From IMG/VR virus record IMGVR_UViG_3300018056_000001: a stretch of 20,000 bases of DNA. One strand, given 5' to 3'. The position numbers were made by a program, and so were the translations under genes. This DNA comes from an uncultured virus (IMG/VR IMGVR_UViG_3300018056_000001) (lineage: Duplodnaviria > Heunggongvirae > Uroviricota > Caudoviricetes). This document shows positions 14,972-20,000 of this stretch, one piece after another (the stretch's first letter is position 1; the number at the start of each line of letters is the position of its first letter). The notes below the pieces were generated by a model. It saw nothing but the letters and a program-made list of their open reading frames with translations, was not told where the DNA came from and searched no databases.

Positions 14972-15001
14972 TTGACACCGATATATCGCCTGGAGTAACC
15001 T
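14972..15001 (+). promoter_or_regulatory. Rightward early sigma70-type promoter (TTGACA-18 nt-TAACCT)
   Basis: Perfect -35 and TAnnnT -10. The spacer holds the palindrome CGATATATCG. About 105 nt upstream of the first rightward gene. Confidence 0.6.
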
Positions 15002-15108
15002 TTGAGACTGGACGAAGGACTGATCGGTAGAGACAGAGGTAAACGGCAGACGAAGCGAGCGAACCATTCCGGTTCCTACTGGCTCCTGCCACAAGGGGGG
15101 ACAGACCA

Positions 15109-15732
15109 ATGGCAAAGCGGAATACGGCACTGAGACTCGGGTTACTGGTGACAGCCAAGCGAGAGGCAGACTACTTTCACGTCAGAGCGTCGATTGTCTC
15201 GATTGGACTGACGCCAAGCGAGATCCATAGGATCGATCATCCTTACTCAGGAGACGAAGCGTACAAGCCTGACGGCTCATTCAACAAGATCCGCAACATC
15301 GACGAGGCGAATGGTTGGCACTTCAACGATTTGACGGTGAACTCGCAAGGGGAGCATCGGGATTACTACGGCTCAACCGAGAACCGCCGGCTGTATGGCT
15401 GGGAAGTCCGGTACCAGGATGCAGGATCGGTGGATCTGTCCCGTGCGAAGTCCATGGCCGATACCCTGTCGAAGCTGGAGCGGAAACAAACGAAGCTATC
15501 AGACCAGTATGGATACCCGGCAACCTTCGGTGCCTACCTCGCGCGGGTTGCTGACGCATTGGGGATTCAGTCATTCGTGTTCGCACAGGATGACAGCCAA
15601 GGGCTGGGCTGGTCCTACGATGATGCGGACTGGACGATCGTCGACGTCAAGCAAGGGATCTACAAGGTAGATGCGATCGTGGACACGTGGATCAAGGAAG
15701 GGAAACCGTCAGTAGAACACGTCGAGGCGTAA
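15109..15732 (+). CDS. Early hypothetical protein, 207 aa
   Basis: AAGGGGGG RBS, first gene after the rightward promoter, globular composition. Confidence 0.8.
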   Translation: MAKRNTALRLGLLVTAKREADYFHVRASIVSIGLTPSEIHRIDHPYSGDEAYKPDGSFNKIRNIDEANGWHFNDLTVNSQGEHRDYYGSTENRRLYGWEVRYQDAGSVDLSRAKSMADTLSKLERKQTKLSDQYGYPATFGAYLARVADALGIQSFVFAQDDSQGLGWSYDDADWTIVDVKQGIYKVDAIVDTWIKEGKPSVEHVEA

Positions 15733-15805
15733 CGGACAGCCAAGGATAGCGAGCAACAATCCCGTTGCTCCGGCCTATCCCCTGTCAACCAGAGGAGACA
15801 CAACC

Positions 15806-16951
15806 ATGACACAGAACATGAATCAGGCAGCCAACCAGTACGCGAACCGGCCCAAGGATGAAAGGTTCGACTCGATCGACGCCTTCATTGCCCATGCGAA
15901 GGAACAGCAGGACCTATCGGAGGAGCGATCCTACAACCTGAAAGATCTCCACGTAATCGTAGGGAATACCCTGAACACACCTACGTTCCAACCGACACCT
16001 GAACAGGCGACAGTCAAGCTACAATCGCCGAAGGGAACGGCTGACTTTACACACTGGTCCTTCGGGCAGCTGTGCCGAAGCCTTGGCGCGCCCGCTGGCT
16101 ACCTGAGAACCCTTGATCCCAAGATCGCGGCCGATGCACTCAACTATGGGCTGGCGACGTCGACACTAGGGACCGCTGCCAACCTATTGGTCAAGGCTCC
16201 CAATGGCAACCCCTTCCCTGTGGTTCGTGCATGCACGTCAGAGACCTACGGCAGGCTGTACGACTATCCCTTGTACTCGGTGCTCAAGTCACAGGTGCTC
16301 GACAGAGGCAATTTCACGCTTCCCCCGGTGTGGGGCGGGGGAGTCGCAGGGGCGTACTCCGGGGACAGAGACTCATTCCTGATCGCGACGAATGGCGGAT
16401 CGATCGTCACAGACCCTACGCTGCACTCCGGTGGAGACTCAGGGGCGATGTATCGGGGATTGCTGATCAGGAACTCCGAGGTAGGAGCCTGCTCCGTCAC
16501 GATCGATTGCATCCTGTACAGGTACATCTGTGGGAATCATATCCTGTGGGGGGCGGTGTACGATCAACGGTTCCGACGTCGTCATGTTGGCAAGAACGTC
16601 CTGCGGGACACGATCCGGGAGATCTCGCAGATTGCAGTCCGTTGGACGCAAGCGGGAACAGAGCGGGATACCGCTATCATCCGGGGACTGATCGATCATG
16701 AAATTGCTCACACGAAGGAAGCCGTGATTGACGAACTCCGGGCGATCGACAAGACATTGACGAAGGAACAGGCGACAGCCGCGTATGAACTGTGTGAACG
16801 GACAGAAGCCGTCTCCCCGCGATCGTTTTGGGGCGCAGCACAAGGGCTGACTCGGTTGTCACAAGAGAGTCAGTACCAGAACGAACGGTTTGAACTGGAT
16901 AGGGTTGCAGCTTTGATTCTCTCTCGTGGGGCAAAGCTGGTCGCAGCGTAG
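15806..16951 (+). CDS. DUF932 (DUF945)-family protein
   Basis: RPKDERF, THWSFGQL..LGAPAGYLR, YGRLYD and RNSEVG...YRYICGNHILWG...RRRH motifs. GAGGAG RBS. Confidence 0.8.
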   Translation: MTQNMNQAANQYANRPKDERFDSIDAFIAHAKEQQDLSEERSYNLKDLHVIVGNTLNTPTFQPTPEQATVKLQSPKGTADFTHWSFGQLCRSLGAPAGYLRTLDPKIAADALNYGLATSTLGTAANLLVKAPNGNPFPVVRACTSETYGRLYDYPLYSVLKSQVLDRGNFTLPPVWGGGVAGAYSGDRDSFLIATNGGSIVTDPTLHSGGDSGAMYRGLLIRNSEVGACSVTIDCILYRYICGNHILWGAVYDQRFRRRHVGKNVLRDTIREISQIAVRWTQAGTERDTAIIRGLIDHEIAHTKEAVIDELRAIDKTLTKEQATAAYELCERTEAVSPRSFWGAAQGLTRLSQESQYQNERFELDRVAALILSRGAKLVAA

Positions 16952-17037
16952 TAGTCCTATCCCGTACTACTCCCCTAGAGCCGATAGACGGTTCTAGGGG
17001 ATCGTAGGGGGTACGACACAACCATAAGGAGGGACGA

Positions 17038-17259
17038 ATGGCTGCAGGGATTCTTCCGAAGCCGGGGACGAAAGCGGGACCATGTACGAGGAAGTGTCAA
17101 CACATCGATTGTGCGGACACTCGCGGGAGAGCACAGAGCACCTGTCTCTACTGTCGAAAGCCTGTTGGGTACGGGGTACGGATCTATCGGCATGGGGATT
17201 ACACAGTACACGCGATCTGTCACGAGCGAGCGGCGGAAGTCAACGCGATGTTGTTCTAG
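17038..17259 (+). CDS. Small Cys/His-rich (zinc-binding) protein
   Basis: CTRKCQHIDC, CLYC and HAICH motifs. AAGGAGG RBS. Confidence 0.7.
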   Translation: MAAGILPKPGTKAGPCTRKCQHIDCADTRGRAQSTCLYCRKPVGYGVRIYRHGDYTVHAICHERAAEVNAMLF

Positions 17260-17345
17260 GGGGGATACCTCGGTAAGGGGCAGCTGACGATCGTGCAATC
17301 TAGGGCATCCTAGACAGGCGAATTCAGGGGATAAGGGGAGCAACC

Positions 17346-17750
17346 ATGAATGGAGCGATTCAGGAACTATTGGAGCAGCTACCGACGATCGATCCGCAAG
17401 GGGAGGGGGAACCGACGGCCTACTATGGTCTCAGGCTCTTGACGTTTATCCTGCAGACAGGAATAACCGCTACCTTGTCTGACGATGATCTCAAGCTGGC
17501 GGACCATGCAGCCTTAACCGGGGTCCGGGGGAAGGATATCCTGCCGTTGGCTGTCGACAAGATTTCAGCCGTCAGACACACCATTGTACTAGTCCTGAAG
17601 TTCAGGGCGCACCTAGACCAGCTGGAGGCAGAGCCAATCGTGTCAACGGCTGGTCCAAGGCCGAGTACAGAACCGACAAGTACAGTACCAAGAGAACCGT
17701 TACCGATCGTCAATCCGCCATCTGGCGCCAAAGTGTCGATCGCATTCTGA
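17346..17750 (+). CDS. Early hypothetical protein, 134 aa
   Basis: AAGGGGAG RBS. Helical core with a Pro-rich tail ending SIAF. Confidence 0.75.
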   Translation: MNGAIQELLEQLPTIDPQGEGEPTAYYGLRLLTFILQTGITATLSDDDLKLADHAALTGVRGKDILPLAVDKISAVRHTIVLVLKFRAHLDQLEAEPIVSTAGPRPSTEPTSTVPREPLPIVNPPSGAKVSIAF

Positions 17751-17763
17751 AGGAGGTATGAAC

Positions 17764-17910
17764 ATGGCACCAGCCATCATGAGAACGGTAGAGGTACGAG
17801 CATGGCTGCGATCGCTTGGACTGGTCAGAGTACGGCTGCCCAAAGCTGGGGAAGGTCTTGTACGTGGATCAACCGGGGGGTGGAACGTGGAGGATTCAAC
17901 AGGGCTTTGA
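17764..17910 (+). CDS. Hypothetical protein, 48 aa (not in ORF track)
   Basis: MAPAIMRTVEVRAWLRSLGLVRVRLPKAGEGLVRGSTGGWNVEDSTGL with AGGAGGT RBS. Confidence 0.55.
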   Translation: MAPAIMRTVEVRAWLRSLGLVRVRLPKAGEGLVRGSTGGWNVEDSTGL

Positions 17911-18002
17911 TCCTGGGATGTACCTGATTCGTCCGTACCTGGGGAAATCAACGTAAGTTAAAGGGACGGGAGTACCCGCATACGAGGGAAAAGGGGGGAC
18001 AT

Positions 18003-18341
18003 ATGTTGATCAAGGGAACAGATCTGACGAAGCGTCAATGTGAGCAGGTTCTAGCGGCATTCATATACCGACCCACGGTCGAGAATGCTCAACGGCGGAA
18101 AGTGGACTGCTGCAATTGTGCGAACATTGGGCACTGGCCCTACGTGACCGGGCAGGCACTTCCCGATGGACCACATGTATGGACTCAGGCACAGTGGCAT
18201 CAGTACCATACGACACACGGGGTGGAAGACACGACCGATCAGGAATGGCTCGGGGACCATGCGTTCCATTTCATTTCGGATGGCTCAAGGCTGGATGCGC
18301 GACAGCAACACGCAGAACCTTACTATCTAGCAAACTACTAG
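18003..18341 (+). CDS. Early hypothetical protein, 112 aa
   Basis: AAGGGGGG RBS, DQEWLGDHAFHF motif. Confidence 0.75.
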   Translation: MLIKGTDLTKRQCEQVLAAFIYRPTVENAQRRKVDCCNCANIGHWPYVTGQALPDGPHVWTQAQWHQYHTTHGVEDTTDQEWLGDHAFHFISDGSRLDARQQHAEPYYLANY

Positions 18342-18383
18342 GGGAGACCAGTACACGCGCGAAGGGGAAAAAGGGGGGACCTG

Positions 18384-18638
18384 ATGGCCTATCAGAACTC
18401 GACCAAACGGAAGATCGATGTTGTCATGAACAACAGGGGGACAATCTGGACCTTCACGCCGGTCTCAGACCGGGCGCGACGGTGGATCAAGCTACATGTC
18501 CAAGGGGCGTGGGAGGATACGGCACAGGCTGAGCATCGATCCGGGACAGCGATCGCAGAGGGGATGCTCAGTGCGGGGCTGGTCCTACAGGATGGAGCGA
18601 CGGGGAGAGTTGCGCGCGCGCGGAAGGGGGATGCATGA
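18384..18638 (+). CDS. Early hypothetical protein, 84 aa
   Basis: AAGGGGGG RBS, NRGTIWTFTPVSDRARRWI...EHR...IAEGM core. Confidence 0.75.
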   Translation: MAYQNSTKRKIDVVMNNRGTIWTFTPVSDRARRWIKLHVQGAWEDTAQAEHRSGTAIAEGMLSAGLVLQDGATGRVARARKGDA

Positions 18639-18838
18639 CAGACACCACACTGGACGGGCGAGGGCGACAGCTGTGCTGTAAACTTCTCTGTCCATTTCGA
18701 TCGATCGCCGGCTTACGTCGGGGGCAAGGACTCTGTCCATTTCACTGGACATGTTGGAAGTGGGGATTGGCTTGGGCACGGAAGTGCCATCCGACCTATA
18801 CACAGGAACGGCTCGCGAGGAGACGGAATCATGCCTGA
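18635..18838 (+). CDS. Small Cys-rich protein
   Basis: ATGA overlap and AAGGGG RBS. Confidence 0.55.
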   Translation: MTDTTLDGRGRQLCCKLLCPFRSIAGLRRGQGLCPFHWTCWKWGLAWARKCHPTYTQERLARRRNHA

Positions 18839-19193
18839 AATGGAACCTACACCTTTGTTCGAACACAGGGAGTGCTCCTGGAATGCGACAAGCGAGAAGC
18901 TAGCCTGCCGCGAACCCGCAGTACAGATCCTTGGGCAGTACTGCTTTTGTGAGAAGCACTCGATCAAGGATGAGGCTGGCCGCTATGTGGCGCCAACCCA
19001 AACACAACCCGAGGATCGACCTTGGGATCCACGAGACCAGAATGGAGGGCACACGGTGACGATCATCCTCAAGACAGAGAATGGAACGTTCACCTGGAGA
19101 GACCTGTCGCAAGCACAGGTGAACAAAATCATCACGGTACACTCTAACACTGCGACAGTTCCCCGACTCCAGTTTCAGGTGACCCATGACTGA
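18831..19193 (+). CDS. Hypothetical protein with Cys/His motif, 120 aa
   Basis: 8-nt overlap with the upstream gene, AGGAG RBS, C..C..FCEKH pattern. Confidence 0.6.
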   Translation: MPEMEPTPLFEHRECSWNATSEKLACREPAVQILGQYCFCEKHSIKDEAGRYVAPTQTQPEDRPWDPRDQNGGHTVTIILKTENGTFTWRDLSQAQVNKIITVHSNTATVPRLQFQVTHD

Positions 19194-19386
19194 TCCAACC
19201 TTCGAGCTGACAATCAAGTTGACGATCACGGCCCAGACGCTGGGGGAGGCGGTGACGGAGGTTGAGAACCGGCTCAAGTACTCAGAGAAGACAGGGGAGC
19301 CGCGGGTACGCCTGGAGGAAGTCTCGGGGAGACTGGTACCCGCGCGCGCGGGGGGGAAGATCACGAGGACAGGACTAACAGGCTGA
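19186..19386 (+). CDS. Hypothetical protein, 66 aa
   Basis: 8-nt overlap with the upstream gene, AGGT RBS. Confidence 0.6.
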   Translation: MTDPTFELTIKLTITAQTLGEAVTEVENRLKYSEKTGEPRVRLEEVSGRLVPARAGGKITRTGLTG

Positions 19387-19400
19387 AGGGAGAAACGCCA

Positions 19401-20000
19401 ATGACCACCACGAGATCACGGTTGCGTGCCTTTCACGGAGATGCAGAACTGAAACGGCGGCTCCTTGCTGAGATCCTAAACCACGAGCAGCAGGATCAGA
19501 TTATCAAAGGGACCTATGGACAACAGAATGGAATCTGGCGCGGGTGTGCGATCGGCTGCGCGTTACACTCATTGAACTACGTGATAAGTCAGCCAACGGA
19601 GCCAACAGACAAGCATGAGAGGTTCCCACAGGAGTTGGGGATCCCGATCGAACTCGCCTACACGATCGATCATTTTTTCGGGAATCTCCCAGACGACACG
19701 AGCTGTACATGGCCCCGGCGCGTTATTGACGCAATTCCCGTCGACGCGGACCTATCAGGAGTGCTACCAGCGCTGATCCAGTGGTCGATTCTCGACCCGA
19801 CCTGCGGATGGTTGAACTATGCGAAGACACCGACGCAGCGGGATATTGTCCAGCGATTCGCGAGTCTCGTTGCGCAGGACTGGGCGGGCGAGTGTGTATC
19901 TGAGGAGCGTTGGAACGCGATTGATGACGACTTGCTAAATCACATTCCTGAGTGGGCGGGGGCGTGGGCGAGGGCGGGGGCGAGGGCGTGGGCGAGGGCG
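19401..20000 (+). CDS. Phage hypothetical protein with X-Ala repeat, 3' truncated (not in ORF track)
   Basis: Open from ATG 19401: MTTTRSRLRAFHGDAELK...DQIIKGTY...GCAIGC...ELGIP...AIPVDADLS...WAGAWARAGARAWARA. Confidence 0.8.
   Translation, partial: MTTTRSRLRAFHGDAELKRRLLAEILNHEQQDQIIKGTYGQQNGIWRGCAIGCALHSLNYVISQPTEPTDKHERFPQELGIPIELAYTIDHFFGNLPDDTSCTWPRRVIDAIPVDADLSGVLPALIQWSILDPTCGWLNYAKTPTQRDIVQRFASLVAQDWAGECVSEERWNAIDDDLLNHIPEWAGAWARAGARAWARA
19953..20000 (+). repeat. Degenerate hexamer repeat (DGGGCG)x8 or more
   Basis: tgggcg ggggcg tgggcg agggcg ggggcg agggcg tgggcg agggcg, running to the window end. Confidence 0.9.

Noticed and set aside
14255..15108. tRNA or known ncRNA in the divergent region
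   Set aside because: No cloverleaf or T-loop signature recognised, only short hairpins.
14928..19710. Minus-strand and alternative-frame ORFs in the right arm
   Set aside because: They overlap plus-strand genes that have clear RBSs.
19953..20000. DGR variable region
   Set aside because: No reverse transcriptase or template repeat in the window. The variation fits a simple degenerate hexamer repeat.

Overview
This window is part of a tailed dsDNA phage or prophage (GC roughly 60%) with two divergent arms. The left arm (1-14254, minus strand) is a tightly coupled late operon. In transcription order it encodes small regulators, a TerS-like protein, a putative lysis block (membrane proteins plus a clan GH-A glycoside hydrolase), TerL, small head-associated genes and portal. 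It continues with a promoter/hairpin/terminator unit, seven tiny basic proteins sharing a C-terminal motif, a scaffold-like protein, and the 5' part of a podovirus-type major capsid gene with an unusual hydrophobic N-terminal leader. The ~850 bp divergent region (14255-15108) holds a dif-like Xer site, tandem sigma54-type motifs, an IHF-like site, tandem palindromes and divergent sigma70-type promoters. The right arm (15109 to the end, plus strand) holds early genes, including DUF932, separated by long hairpins. I translated several short or truncated genes missing from the ORF track by hand. Family calls come from motif recognition only; no database search was run.
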